Source: an uncultured delta proteobacterium
GTDB lineage: Bacteria; Desulfobacterota; Desulfobaccia; Desulfobaccales; 0-14-0-80-60-11
Direction: 5' to 3'
Assembly: GCA_963812015.1 (NCBI GenBank)
Contig: CAWETI010000002.1
Coordinates: forward strand, 352,001 to 416,000
DNA length: 64,000 bases
Part shown: positions 40,244 to 50,535 of the stretch, piece by piece
How the letters are laid out: each line of letters begins with the position of its first letter
Position numbering within the stretch: position 1 is the first letter of the stretch
Made by a program: the position numbers and the translations under genes
Notes under the pieces: generated by a model
The model's database searches: none
Told to the model about the DNA's origin: nothing
The model's input: only the letters and a program-made list of their open reading frames with translations

Positions 40244-41509
40244 CTAGCGGGCCGGAAGGAGGAAAGGCGACCCGGTTGCTGCGGCCGGCGGCCAAACGGC
40301 TACTTTTTCCGGTTTGCCTTGCTTATCCTTCTGCCATTGGATGTAGATCATTTCGTGGCCTTCCTGGAGGCCGTGAAGTTTGCCGGTGTTGAACTTGATG
40401 CGGCCATAGAAGGTATACATATCTTCCTTATCAATGGCGGCCTTGACTTTCTCCGTGTCGGTGGAGCCGGCGCTCTCGATGGCTTTCTGCAGGATCAAGC
40501 CGGCGGCATAGCCTCCGGCGCTGTGGTAGGACGGTTCTTCCTTCCCGTATTTAGCCTCATACAGCTTGAGGAATTCCGGGACGGTGGGGCCGAACCACTC
40601 GATATTCTCCGCCTTGGCGGCCTCAGGGGTGTACTTGGCCATAGGTTCCCACTGGCTGGAGCCGATCACCCCAATACAGGCTTCTCCCAATTCGGCAAAC
40701 TTGGGCTCCGGCGGGGCCACCAGCAAGGCGATCATCTTGGTGGGGACCTTTTTCTCATAGAGCTGCCGGGCAAAGGTGGTGGTGTCGGCAAAGTGGCCGC
40801 CGCCCATCACCGCGTCGCCCCCGGCGGGAATCTTGTTGATGAAGGGGGCGAAGTCGGTGGTGCCGCTGTCATAACCTTCAAACAGCGGTACCTGCATGCC
40901 TTTACCTTCCGCATATTTCTTCAGGCCATTCACCACGTCGGTGGAGAACTTGTCGTTCTCATGGATGATGGCCATCTTTTTGGCCTTGGGGTCGAGCTTG
41001 AGCAAAAGATCCACGGCGCCGGTCAGGTAGCGGCTGGCGGGGGTATAGGTCATGTAGACCAAAGTGTAGCCTTTTTTATAGGTGGAATCGGAGGATGCCC
41101 CCGTGGCTATCATAATTTTCTTATACTGTTGGGCGATGACCGCGGCCGCATCGGCCAGACCGCTGCTGTAGGGGCTGATCAGGAAGTCGGACTTGTCGGT
41201 GCTGATGAGCCGGGTATAGAGTTCCTGCACCCGGTCCTTATTGCTCTCATCATCATAATACTTGGTCTCCACCTTGATTTTGGAGCCGTCGGGCATCTTG
41301 ATGCCCCCGGCCTTGTTGACCTGCTCGACCCATAAGTTCAAGCCGTTGATCTGGCGGGTGGCTTCTACATTGAGCTTACCGGTCTTGGAGGCGGTAAAGC
41401 CGATGAGGATGGTTTTATCTGCGGCGGTGGCAGGGTTTGGTGCGGTTGTGGTTCCCAGTACTAAGCCCAAGGCAACTATGCAGGCAACGAATACCAGCGA
41501 CCGTTTCAT
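40244..41509 (-). CDS. HAAT family ABC substrate-binding protein
   Basis: Signal peptide, VNKAGGI, YDDES, PYSSG; heads the liv-type operon. Confidence 0.9.
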   Translation of the reverse strand: MKRSLVFVACIVALGLVLGTTTAPNPATAADKTILIGFTASKTGKLNVEATRQINGLNLWVEQVNKAGGIKMPDGSKIKVETKYYDDESNKDRVQELYTRLISTDKSDFLISPYSSGLADAAAVIAQQYKKIMIATGASSDSTYKKGYTLVYMTYTPASRYLTGAVDLLLKLDPKAKKMAIIHENDKFSTDVVNGLKKYAEGKGMQVPLFEGYDSGTTDFAPFINKIPAGGDAVMGGGHFADTTTFARQLYEKKVPTKMIALLVAPPEPKFAELGEACIGVIGSSQWEPMAKYTPEAAKAENIEWFGPTVPEFLKLYEAKYGKEEPSYHSAGGYAAGLILQKAIESAGSTDTEKVKAAIDKEDMYTFYGRIKFNTGKLHGLQEGHEMIYIQWQKDKQGKPEKVAVWPPAAATGSPFLLPAR

Positions 41510-41737
41510 ATTCCCTCCTTATTTATGAGTGTTGACTGGTTAACCTCCGTCCAGTAAGGCTGCGGAATTGTCCGGCCAAAACCCCGCTCTATCTTTAAGT
41601 CATTAAGTCATTTGTATATACCCCATTGATGGAATTTTTATCAAGAGAAACTTGCCCAAAATTATGGTTAGAGGGCCAATCCATGGAGCCGGGACTTGCA
41701 TGAGAGGGGCTGATGCCCCCGGCCGCGGCAAACCGGC

Positions 41738-42277
41738 TCACCGCAGGTAGGGGCGCAGAAAGTCCATGCCTTTCTGGGGGGTGGCCTCCCCCTGGAATTT
41801 GAAGGGAATGGGGATAATACCTCCCATTACGGAAGCAAGGCGGAAGCTGCCGGCGATCTGGTAGTGAAACGGGCGTTGCTGTTGCTGCTTTTGCAGCATG
41901 GGGAGGAACTGGGGCAAGAGCCCCATGACTGCGGGCAGCTTCACCAAAATGGGGACCCTGGCCACCGTCTGGCCGCCGGCCGGCAGGTCCACCGCCTCTT
42001 CACTGGCCCCCTGGGCCACGGGCTGGCCTTCCAGTTGCAACTCATAATCGTAGCCCTTGAGGTTAAGGGGCTGGGCGTTGGGATTGGTCAGGAGGAGCGT
42101 CACGGCCAGGGGCCAGCCCCGGGAGGTGGGCTGGCCTACGGTAAGTCCCTGCCAGCTCACTTTCGGGGGCTGGATTTCCCCGGTGGTCAGTTGCCGGACT
42201 CCGCAGGCCGGAATGGTCGCCAGGAGCATCAGCCCCAGGAAAGTCGCGAGATAGGTTCGCCGAAGACGGGAGTGCAT
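41738..42277 (-). CDS. LEA type 2 (WHy domain) lipoprotein
   Basis: Lipobox-like IPAC, NPN motif, YELQLEG. Confidence 0.8.
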   Translation of the reverse strand: MHSRLRRTYLATFLGLMLLATIPACGVRQLTTGEIQPPKVSWQGLTVGQPTSRGWPLAVTLLLTNPNAQPLNLKGYDYELQLEGQPVAQGASEEAVDLPAGGQTVARVPILVKLPAVMGLLPQFLPMLQKQQQQRPFHYQIAGSFRLASVMGGIIPIPFKFQGEATPQKGMDFLRPYLR

Positions 42278-42464
42278 CGCGGTGGATAACTCCTCTAAGC
42301 AACCGGGGCCATGCGCCTGTGGGCCTGACCCCATAAGTTACCTGAGGAGTATATCACATTGAGACTTCTGAAGAAGTGTCTTGCGGGAAGGGCCGGCAAT
42401 GTTTCCCCTGGACTTTTCGGCCCTTCCCCTTATGAGACGGGCGCTGGGATATAACCAAACGGTA

Positions 42465-42839
42465 TTATTTGCTTCTCGCAGCCGCTGCCATGGCCGGGGT
42501 GACGGCCGGGGCCCGGTTTGACCAGGCCTGCCGGATGTAGGTCACCACCGCCGCAATCTGCTGGTCGTTGAGCGTATCTTTCCAAGTCGGCATCTGCCCC
42601 AGAAGCCCTTTGCGACCTTTCAGGACGGTGGCGATCACCGCCTTGGGGTCACCCGCCACGAAAGGATTTTTATTCAAGGCCGGAAAGGTGGCGGGGAGCC
42701 CCTGGCCATTGCTGCGGTGGCACTGGGCGCAATTATCCTCAAAGACCGTCTTGCCTTGGCTGGCCAGGTCACCGGGTTCCTGGGCCCAGGCGCCTGAGAT
42801 CGCGAGCATCAGGCTCGCCAGGATGAGAAATGTCCTCAT
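42465..42839 (-). CDS. Monoheme class I cytochrome c
   Basis: Signal peptide, CAQCH, FPAL, MP axial Met, AVVTYIRQAWSN. Confidence 0.92.
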   Translation of the reverse strand: MRTFLILASLMLAISGAWAQEPGDLASQGKTVFEDNCAQCHRSNGQGLPATFPALNKNPFVAGDPKAVIATVLKGRKGLLGQMPTWKDTLNDQQIAAVVTYIRQAWSNRAPAVTPAMAAAARSK

Positions 42840-44335
42840 TTTGCTGCCACCGGCAGCCCCAGGGAAGCCGGAGGAGTCAGCATATTCTGGATTCCGAAAG
42901 GATCCTTGAACTCCTCAGCAGGCTTGAAGTTCAGCTTCTTCACCCCCCGGTTCTGGAGGTATTTGGCCAGGTCAAGTTGCACGTCCACCGGCTCCGGCAC
43001 CCCCGCTTGGGCTAGCGCCTGGCGCAGCAGGGCGCTGCTCTTTTCCGCAAAGGCCACCGAGTCGCCGCAGATGCGGGAGGCTTCCACGGGGTTGTGGAAG
43101 CCCGCCGAATTTTCGGCGCCGATGAAATTCAACCGGTAAAAGGCTTCCAGGTACAGGTCTTTGGCCTGGTCGTACATACCCTTGTCAATATTCTTCCCGT
43201 CGGCCTGGGCCTTGTGCACCGCCTCAAAGAGCCTGGCCGCCACTGCGTTGGCGTAGCCCGCCCGGAGCAACAGCGAGGTAACACGATCCTGAATGGCCAG
43301 GACCCGGGCCTTCAGCCAGTCGGCGGACTCGGCGTGGCACTGCTGGCAGGCCACCATCCCCTGCCACAGGGGGCTGCCCACGTTGTGGTTGGAAATCTTG
43401 TTGACACCCACCCGGGTGTACTGCATGTGGCAGTCGGCGCAGGCCACGTTGGCGTTCCAGTGCGTGCTGTTCCTGCTATACAACTCAAACTCGGGATGAC
43501 GACAAAAGGCCAGCTTGAAACCGGTGACATTCTGCTTCCACTCCAGGAGGGCGGGATCGCTTTTGAGAATCTTGATGATGTTCTCGATGGAGATGTTCCC
43601 CATCTTGCTGCCTTTCCAGGGGAAAAAGACCCCCACGGACTTCATGTCCTTGTCTTTGGGGATGTTGTAGGTCACGTGGCATTGGGCGCACACCAGGCTC
43701 CGTTTTTCCTGGCGGCTGGCGGTGACCGGGTCGAAGTTCATGTCCTTGAGGGCATTATCCAGGGTCCACCGGGAAATCCTCAGGTCCATGGTCTTGTTGT
43801 CGTGGCAGTCGATGCACATCACCCCCATGCGCTGGTACTGGGCCGGGATCTTGGCGTGGACGTCCATGTAGGGGTCTTTGAAATAGTTGACCCCCATCTC
43901 CTTCATAAACTTGGGAGCAAAGGGGGTCTTGCAGGTGAGGCAGACGCCGCCGGCCTTGAGCCGGGAAGGGTCGATCTCCAGCTGATCGATGAGCATGTAA
44001 TAATGGCCCCGGATCTCGTTGTACTCGACGCCGAAGCCCCAGCCGTTGAAGAGCAAGGCCATGAACGGGTATTCGCTCAGTTTGTCGAATTTTTCGCCGC
44101 CGGTCCAACCCTTGCGGTATTTGCTCAACCCCGGAGGATTGGGGTCTTTGCTTTTGAGCCAGGAATCATACTCCAGGGGATAGGCCTGGCCCCACACCGC
44201 GGGGTCGTATTCGCCGTCGGGAATGCTCACCGTCTTCACCGGCTCGGACTTGGGCGGCGAGCACGTGCCCGCCAGGACTACCATGCCAGCCAGGATCACT
44301 ACCCAGATAGCCAAGCTAACGGCCTTCCGTTTCAT
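42836..44335 (-). CDS. nrfA: Ammonia-forming cytochrome c nitrite reductase
   Basis: CLTCK plus CIDCH, CAQCH, CADCH, CQQCH; RGH; ENSAGFHNP. Confidence 0.95.
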   Translation of the reverse strand: MKRKAVSLAIWVVILAGMVVLAGTCSPPKSEPVKTVSIPDGEYDPAVWGQAYPLEYDSWLKSKDPNPPGLSKYRKGWTGGEKFDKLSEYPFMALLFNGWGFGVEYNEIRGHYYMLIDQLEIDPSRLKAGGVCLTCKTPFAPKFMKEMGVNYFKDPYMDVHAKIPAQYQRMGVMCIDCHDNKTMDLRISRWTLDNALKDMNFDPVTASRQEKRSLVCAQCHVTYNIPKDKDMKSVGVFFPWKGSKMGNISIENIIKILKSDPALLEWKQNVTGFKLAFCRHPEFELYSRNSTHWNANVACADCHMQYTRVGVNKISNHNVGSPLWQGMVACQQCHAESADWLKARVLAIQDRVTSLLLRAGYANAVAARLFEAVHKAQADGKNIDKGMYDQAKDLYLEAFYRLNFIGAENSAGFHNPVEASRICGDSVAFAEKSSALLRQALAQAGVPEPVDVQLDLAKYLQNRGVKKLNFKPAEEFKDPFGIQNMLTPPASLGLPVAAK

Positions 44336-44355
44336 AGCCTTTTCCATCCTCATGC

Positions 44356-44823
44356 TTAGGGGTTTCGAGTCTCTATGGTGCCGGTAAGCTTGTGGGACAT
44401 GCGGCGATGGCAATCCCAACAGCGACGGTTTTCGTTGATCCGGGCCAGGAGTTCGGCATGGCAGCGGCGGCAATTAGCCTCCACCACCGCGGCGCCGCGC
44501 TCGGAGATGCGGATGGTTTCGGAGATGCGGCCCGTATGAAAAGCCAGGGTGTCCTGGACGCCTTCCACCGACTTCCAAAACAGGTGGTTCGCCAGATTGT
44601 TGTTAGGCAGGTGGCAATCAATGCACTTGATGTTTTGATGGGCGCCGGAGTGAAACCAGGACTCGTATTCCGGCTGCAACACGTGGCAACTGCCGCAGAA
44701 CTCCGGACTCTCGGATTTGGCATAGAGGCCTGGGGAGCCAAAGGCCACGTAGGCGCCGACAACCGCCATGGCCACCACGGCGGCCAGCACCGAGAGAAGG
44801 AATTTTTTTTGAGAAAGGGCCAT
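44356..44823 (-). CDS. nrfH: Tetraheme quinol dehydrogenase NrfH
   Basis: N-terminal TM helix; CGSCH, CIDCH, CRRCH, CWDCH. Confidence 0.93.
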   Translation of the reverse strand: MALSQKKFLLSVLAAVVAMAVVGAYVAFGSPGLYAKSESPEFCGSCHVLQPEYESWFHSGAHQNIKCIDCHLPNNNLANHLFWKSVEGVQDTLAFHTGRISETIRISERGAAVVEANCRRCHAELLARINENRRCWDCHRRMSHKLTGTIETRNP

Positions 44824-45135
44824 GAGAATTCCTTCAGTTGAGTCGGGAGAGCCGGACCGGCGGTTAGAGGCCTGAGACGCCTCTCCGGCCAGCCATCCAT
44901 GAATCGGTCAGCCGGGATATCCCTTATCGGGCCTGATGATCGGCCACGGAAGAAGATACCGGGAGACCCTCTCAGGTGGAAGCAGGATACTGCACCCCCC
45001 GCGTAAAGGCAAATATATTTTCAATTATGGGTACTATTGTGTAGGGAAAGTGCCGATGGGGGCTCTTTAAATAAACAGTATATTAAGATAGTTACCCAGA
45101 TAGACCGGGGCTGGTGGCATCCCCGGAGGCTGTTA

Positions 45136-45162
45136 TAGGGGCGGTTCGCGAACCGACCTACA
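45136..45162. repeat. GTAG-type REP hairpin (degenerate)
   Basis: TAGGGGCGGTTCGCGAACCGACCTACA, similar to 19554-19583. Confidence 0.65.
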
Positions 45163-45216
45163 AAAACCTCCCAAACATGGGGAAAAATTTTTGAAAGATA
45201 TACCTGGGACGCAACC

Positions 45217-46473
45217 CTAGTCGCCCACTTCCTCCCCAAACCACAGGGGCAGGCCATCGGCCACCACCAGGCCCTGGGCGGTGGCTCGGACCCGGCCCGC
45301 CTCTAGCCGTACCAGCCCCGCGTGGGTAAGCTCGGCAACGATGGCCTCTCCCTGGGGGTGGGCCCGGATGGTCTCGAGACTGACCCCCGCTTGGGTCCGG
45401 AACCCCAGGTAGAGGGCCTCCAGCCAGAGTTGGGCCGGGGTGAGGCTTTCGGCCCCCGCCACCGGGACCCCACCCCCCTTCAGGGAGGCGCAATAGGCCT
45501 CCACGGACGAAACATTCCACCAGCGGCGCCCGCCCTGAAAGGAGTGGGCCGCCGGGCCCAGCCCCAGGTAAGGGACGTGGGTCCAGTACTTCAGGTTGTG
45601 GCGGCACCGATACTCTTGCCCCCGGGCGAAATTGGCGACTTCGTAGTGGAGATACCCTTGCGCTTTAAGGAATTGTCCGGTGAGCAGGAAAAACTCCCGC
45701 TGGGTTTCTTCGTCCGGAAGTAGCACCTGGCCCGCGGCCACCCTTTGCTCCAGGGGGGTGGCATCGGCCACGGTGAGCTGGTAACAGGAGAGGTGTTCGG
45801 GGTTGAAGCGTAAGGCCGTTTTCAGGGTGTTAATCCAGGCGTCGGGTCTCTGACCCGGCAGCCCGTAGATCAGGTCCAACCCCAGGTTGGTGAACCCCGC
45901 GGCCCGGATCAGCTCTATGCCTGCCTCGGTCTGGCGGGCGGTGTGGCGGCGCTGCAGGAAGATAAGCTCCGCCTCGTCGAAGGACTGGACTCCGAGGCTC
46001 AGGCGGTTGATGCCCAGGTCTTGTAAGAGCGCTAGCTTGTCGGCGGTGAGGTCGTCCGGGTTGGCTTCGATGGTGACCTCGGAGTCCGGGGCAAAGGGGA
46101 AATGCCGCCGCAGGTTTTTCATCAGGTCGGCAAGGTGCGCCTCACCGAGCCACGAGGGGGTGCCGCCCCCCAGAAAGAGGGAGTCGAAGGCAGAGAATTG
46201 GTCCCGGTAGAGCCGGGCTTCGGCGTCCAGGGCCACCAGAAAATCCGGAATCTGGCTCGTCGCATTAATTGAGTAAAAATCGCAGTAGGGGCACTTTGTT
46301 TTGCAGAAGGGAATGTGGATATAGAGGCCGGGCTGACTGGGGACAGGGGCGAGGGGTTTTTTCGTATGTGGCCCCTCCCCCAACCTCTGACAGGGGGTTG
46401 GGAGGGGTCTGAGGGGAGGGCGGGGGAGTTGCCCTCCCCCGGCCCTCCCCTCAAAAATATCAAAATCACTCAT
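45217..46473 (-). CDS. hemW: Radical SAM heme chaperone HemW, with repeat-derived N-terminal extension
   Basis: LYIHIPFCKTKCPYCDF, GGGTPS, EANP, RLSLGVQSF, YEVANFA, HNLKYW, YLGLGPAAHS; ATG overlaps the lepA end. Confidence 0.9.
   Translation of the reverse strand: MSDFDIFEGRAGGGQLPRPPLRPLPTPCQRLGEGPHTKKPLAPVPSQPGLYIHIPFCKTKCPYCDFYSINATSQIPDFLVALDAEARLYRDQFSAFDSLFLGGGTPSWLGEAHLADLMKNLRRHFPFAPDSEVTIEANPDDLTADKLALLQDLGINRLSLGVQSFDEAELIFLQRRHTARQTEAGIELIRAAGFTNLGLDLIYGLPGQRPDAWINTLKTALRFNPEHLSCYQLTVADATPLEQRVAAGQVLLPDEETQREFFLLTGQFLKAQGYLHYEVANFARGQEYRCRHNLKYWTHVPYLGLGPAAHSFQGGRRWWNVSSVEAYCASLKGGGVPVAGAESLTPAQLWLEALYLGFRTQAGVSLETIRAHPQGEAIVAELTHAGLVRLEAGRVRATAQGLVVADGLPLWFGEEVGD
46345..46454. 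repeat. Family E multi-hairpin repeat inside the 5' end of hemW
   Basis: Homologous to 28911-29055. Confidence 0.7.
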
Positions 46474-48262
46474 TTTCCGTCTTGAGCACCGCCACGAAGG
46501 CGCTCTGGGGGATTTGGACCGCGCCCACCATCTTCATGCGCTTCTTGCCGGCCCGCTGTTTTTCCAGGAGTTTGCGTTTCCGGGTGATGTCGCCGCCGTA
46601 GCACTTGGCGGTGACGTCCTTCCGGAAGGCCGAGATGGTGGAGCGGGAGATGATCTGGCCCCCCACGGCCCCCTGGATGGCGATCTTGAACTGCTGCCGG
46701 GGAATTTCGTCCTTGAGGCGGTCGCACACCCTGACCCCCCATTCCCGGACCCGGTCCCGGTGGACGATCATGGAAAGGGCGTCCAGCTTCTCGCCGTTCA
46801 CCAGGATATCCAGCTTCAGCAGATTGGTCTCCCGGTAGTCCAGCAGTTCGTAATCGAAGGAGCCGTAGCCCTGGGTGATGGTCTTGAGGCGGTCGTAGAA
46901 GTCGATGATGACTTCGGCCAGGGGCATGTCGAAGTTGATCTCCACCCGGCCCGGGGAGGGGTAGTTGAAGCGGGAGTTGCTCCCCCGGCGCTCCAGGCAG
47001 AGCTTCATCATCGCGCCCACGAAGCGTTCGGGGATGAGGATGGAGGTCCGGATAAACGGCTCCTCCTCAAGCTTGATGCTGCTGGGGTCGGGGTAGTATA
47101 GGGGATTGTCTACGGTGATGACGTGGCCGTCCATGAGGGTGAAGCGGTACCGGACCCCGGGCACGGTCATAATGATGGACTGGTTGTACTCCCGTTCCAG
47201 GCGCTCCTGGACGATCTCCAGGTGCAGCAGCCCCAGGAAGCCGCAGCGGAAGCCCTGGCCCAGGGCGGCGGAGGAGTCCTTCTGGTAGACCAGGGAGGCG
47301 TCGTTGAGCTTAAACTTTTCCAGGGCGTCGGCCAGGTCCTGGTAATCGTCGTTCCCCACCGGGTAGATGGAGGCGAAAACTACGGGCTTCACTTCCTTGA
47401 AGCCGGGCAACGGCCCGGCCGCGGGATTGGCCTCCAGGGTGACGGTATCGCCGATGCGGGTGTCGCTCACCGTCTTGATGCCGGCGATGAGATAGCCCAC
47501 CATGCCGGCGGAGAGCTCTTTCCGGGGCTCGCGGGTCAGCCGGAAGATGCCGGTCTCCTCCACCTTGTGGGTGGTCTTGTTATACATCAAGCGGATGATG
47601 TCCCCGGGCTTGACCGCGCCGTCGAAGACCCGGCAGGAGACCACGGTCCCCCGGAAGGAGTCGTAATGGGCGTCGAAGATGAGGGCCGAAAGGGGTTGGG
47701 CCGGGCTGCCGGTGGGCGGCGGGATCCGGGTGACGATGGCCTCCAGGACCTCGTCGATGCCGATGCCTTCCTTGGCGGAACACAGGATGACGTGGTCTGC
47801 ATCCAGGCCCAGCTCCCGTTCGATCTGCTCCTTGACCCCCGGAATATCAGCGGCGGGCAGGTCGATCTTGTTGATCACCGGGATGATGGTGAGGTCGTGC
47901 TCCATGGCCAGATAGAGGTTGGCCACGGTCTGGGCCTCCACCCCCTGGGAGGCGTCCACCAACAGCAGCACCCCCTCGCAGGAAGCCAGGGCCCGGGAGA
48001 CCTCGTAGGAGAAATCCACGTGGCCCGGGGTGTCGATGAGGTTGAGTTCGTATTCGACGCCGTCGGCGGCGGTGTAGGGCAGGGAAATGGTGTTGCTCTT
48101 GATGGTGATGCCCCGCTCCCGTTCCAGGTCCATGGTGTCCAGGATCTGGTCCCGAAACTGGCGGTCCTCCACCATGCCGGTCCACTGGATGAGGCGGTCC
48201 GCCAGGGTGGACTTGCCGTGGTCGATATGGGCGATGATGCTAAAATTGCGGATGTTGGACAT
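46466..48262 (-). CDS. lepA: Translation elongation factor 4
   Basis: IRNFSIIAHIDHGKSTLADR, DTPGHVDF, GFLGLLH, KCYGGDITRKRKLLEKQ. Confidence 0.99.
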   Translation of the reverse strand: MSNIRNFSIIAHIDHGKSTLADRLIQWTGMVEDRQFRDQILDTMDLERERGITIKSNTISLPYTAADGVEYELNLIDTPGHVDFSYEVSRALASCEGVLLLVDASQGVEAQTVANLYLAMEHDLTIIPVINKIDLPAADIPGVKEQIERELGLDADHVILCSAKEGIGIDEVLEAIVTRIPPPTGSPAQPLSALIFDAHYDSFRGTVVSCRVFDGAVKPGDIIRLMYNKTTHKVEETGIFRLTREPRKELSAGMVGYLIAGIKTVSDTRIGDTVTLEANPAAGPLPGFKEVKPVVFASIYPVGNDDYQDLADALEKFKLNDASLVYQKDSSAALGQGFRCGFLGLLHLEIVQERLEREYNQSIIMTVPGVRYRFTLMDGHVITVDNPLYYPDPSSIKLEEEPFIRTSILIPERFVGAMMKLCLERRGSNSRFNYPSPGRVEINFDMPLAEVIIDFYDRLKTITQGYGSFDYELLDYRETNLLKLDILVNGEKLDALSMIVHRDRVREWGVRVCDRLKDEIPRQQFKIAIQGAVGGQIISRSTISAFRKDVTAKCYGGDITRKRKLLEKQRAGKKRMKMVGAVQIPQSAFVAVLKTENE

Positions 48263-48493
48263 AAATTTTTTTAGAACATTGGTTTCTCAAGGATATAGCT
48301 TCAATGGTAATTTTTTATTATACTACGACTGCTTCCTGGCGTCTACCTTTAGATTGCCGCGGCTCACCGGCAGCCCCGGTTAGAGGATCGGGTTATGGAC
48401 TTCTCCCGCCTGAGTATGGCGCCGGTAAGGGCGGATAGGCGGGGTTGCCCCTAAAGCTATGGTCGGAAGGGGCGAAGCTCGGCCCCAGGCGCA

Positions 48494-48522
48494 TTGACAC
48501 CGGGGCCGGGCCAGAGTATAAA
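48494..48522 (+). promoter_or_regulatory. Sigma70 promoter
   Basis: TTGACA-N17-TATAAA upstream of 48567. Confidence 0.7.
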
Positions 48523-48566
48523 GAAATGAAGGGGTTATCTTGCTGAAGGGGTGAAACGGAGGGCTC

Positions 48567-48911
48567 ATGTTCAAGGATCTGCTCAAACGGTCGGTTACCG
48601 GGATTTTGGTGGGGGCCGGGGTGGTGCTCCTGGCGCCCATCGTGCTGCCGGCGGCGGCCCGGGCTGCCCGCCCCCTGGCGAAAGCCGCCCTCCACGGTTA
48701 TTTTGACCTGATGGACTGGCTGAAGTCCCTGACGGCGGACGACGAGAAAAAAATCACCCCCGTGGTGGGTCATCTGCTGACCGCCGGAGTGGAGGAAGTC
48801 GCGACCGCCGGGGTTGAGGAGGCCGTGGCCGCCGCCAGTGAGGGGGCGGTGGAAGAAGGGGTGACCGAAGCCATCGTGGCGGGCGTGACCAGCGCCCTGG
48901 AAGGGGTGTAA
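48567..48911 (+). CDS. Small membrane-associated protein (DUF5132-like)
   Basis: GGAGG RBS; GAGVVLLAPIVLP..RPLAKAA..G pattern, acidic Ala-rich tail. Confidence 0.7.
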   Translation: MFKDLLKRSVTGILVGAGVVLLAPIVLPAAARAARPLAKAALHGYFDLMDWLKSLTADDEKKITPVVGHLLTAGVEEVATAGVEEAVAAASEGAVEEGVTEAIVAGVTSALEGV

Positions 48912-49018
48912 TTCCGGGGGCAGGGCCGGGAGCGGTTACGCTTTTTCTTGATTTCCTTGGGGGGATGCCCCGCCCTCAAACCTAACCGGCCGCCCCGCCC
49001 CTAGCCGGGGCCGGAGGC

Positions 49019-49564
49019 TCACCGGGGCGGCGGGGCCGGTTGCCGCTCCTGGGGTTCGTCGGTCCGCTCGAGACCTTCCAAAATGGCGCTCACAAACTTG
49101 TGGGCGTACGCCACGTAGTCGCCTTCCACCACGTAGCTATACCTGATGTAACTTTCGGGGAAATTCACCCGGACATTCTTGATGATGAGATAGATGTTGG
49201 GGTTGATGCCGCTCCGGCCGGGGTACTGGTAGTAGAGGTTGGGGACCTGGCGGGCGATGATGACCAGGCCGCTTTCATCCAGGATGGTCAGCTTCGGGTA
49301 AATCTTGATCCCGGGGTCAGGTGCTTCGATGACCGCGCCTTTGGCAATAAGGCCGCACTTGTCCCGGTTGAGCTTTTGGAGGGTGGCGTCGATCTTGGCC
49401 AGGATCTTCTCTTTTTCCGGGATGGGGATCTTCTGGTACTGATAAAAATAGCTGGTGGGGAAATTTTTGGCCTTGACCGAGGCTTCTTCGGCCCGGAGGG
49501 GGATGACCCCAAAGATGAGGCCTGGAAAGAGGAGCGCCAGGGAGAGTAGGATTCTTATGGGCAT
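49019..49564 (-). CDS. Secreted hypothetical protein
   Basis: Signal-like MPIRILLSLALLFPGLIFGVIPLRA; protein-like composition. Confidence 0.7.
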   Translation of the reverse strand: MPIRILLSLALLFPGLIFGVIPLRAEEASVKAKNFPTSYFYQYQKIPIPEKEKILAKIDATLQKLNRDKCGLIAKGAVIEAPDPGIKIYPKLTILDESGLVIIARQVPNLYYQYPGRSGINPNIYLIIKNVRVNFPESYIRYSYVVEGDYVAYAHKFVSAILEGLERTDEPQERQPAPPPR

Positions 49565-49586
49565 GGGGGCGGCTTGGGGCCGGGCT

Positions 49587-49895
49587 TTACTCAAACCTGA
49601 CCGCCTCGTCGGGGAGTTCGATCTCGGCGGGGAACTCGGAGAATGGAAAGGGACGCTGGTTTTCATTGAGGGTCAGGTAGCGCATGAGCCGGTAGCCATA
49701 GGTGGCCACCTGGTTGGCGAAGGTTCTGGCGGCCTCATTGTGCCGCAACGTGACCAACAGGAAGAAATATTCAAACACGGTGATCAGCAGGATGATGGTT
49801 TTTACCACCTCAAAGATGGCCACATAGAGGAGAGTGTAGAGCAAACGAATCGCCACCTGTTTGCGGGACGGGATAATCTGGATGTCGTCGGGCAT
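49587..49895 (-). CDS. DUF4389-like membrane protein
   Basis: GGAGGAG RBS, two TM segments, YLTLNENQRPFPFSEFP. Confidence 0.8.
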   Translation of the reverse strand: MPDDIQIIPSRKQVAIRLLYTLLYVAIFEVVKTIILLITVFEYFFLLVTLRHNEAARTFANQVATYGYRLMRYLTLNENQRPFPFSEFPAEIELPDEAVRFE

Positions 49896-50160
49896 GGCTC
49901 CTCCGGCGCTGACGTTACGCCATGGTAATGGTGAGCACTGGGCTCCGCAAAGTATTTTTTTAGTATATGAACGGACCCCTGGTTTGGCAAGGCCATAGCC
50001 GGGGCCGATGCCCGGTCGCCCCGGGTGCGCAGGTCTTGGGGGCAGCAAGGGGAAATCTTTGGCGTCCCGGGGTTAATTATGGTATTTCTGAGCCGGATGG
50101 GAAGCGCATCCCCGGGGTTCCTTGCGGAACCTGAGGCACTAAGCGGAGGTATCGGTAAAA

Positions 50161-50535
50161 GTGCATGAATATTCACTCATGGAGCAGGTGATCGCCCATA
50201 TCCTGGCAGAACTCAAAAAGCAGGAAGGCCCGCCCCCCGGCAGCTCACTGGAGGTGGCCCTGAAAGTGGGGGCCCTGGCGGTGCACTCCGAGGCCGCCAC
50301 CCGGCAGGCCTACCAGGTTTTGGTCAAAGGGACGCCCCTGGAGAATTCCCGGCTGGACCTGAGGATTGAACCGGTGACCTTGACCTGCGCAAGCTGCAGC
50401 TACCAGGGACCTTTGCCGATGGACGCCGTCGATCCCCACGACCAGTCCCCCCTGGTGGAGTGCCCCCGGTGTGGGGCCGTGTGCCCGGTGCAGGGAGGCC
50501 GCGGGGTGGAGTCCATCGAACTCAGGTGGGAATAA
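50161..50535 (+). CDS. hypA: Hydrogenase nickel metallochaperone HypA
   Basis: MHE N-terminus, VGAL, CASC and CPRC, GGRG. Confidence 0.88.
   Translation: MHEYSLMEQVIAHILAELKKQEGPPPGSSLEVALKVGALAVHSEAATRQAYQVLVKGTPLENSRLDLRIEPVTLTCASCSYQGPLPMDAVDPHDQSPLVECPRCGAVCPVQGGRGVESIELRWE

Noticed and set aside
45020..45100. NarL/NarP heptamer sites upstream of nrfH
   Set aside because: Only isolated TACCCAT-like half-sites; no clean 7-2-7 arrangement
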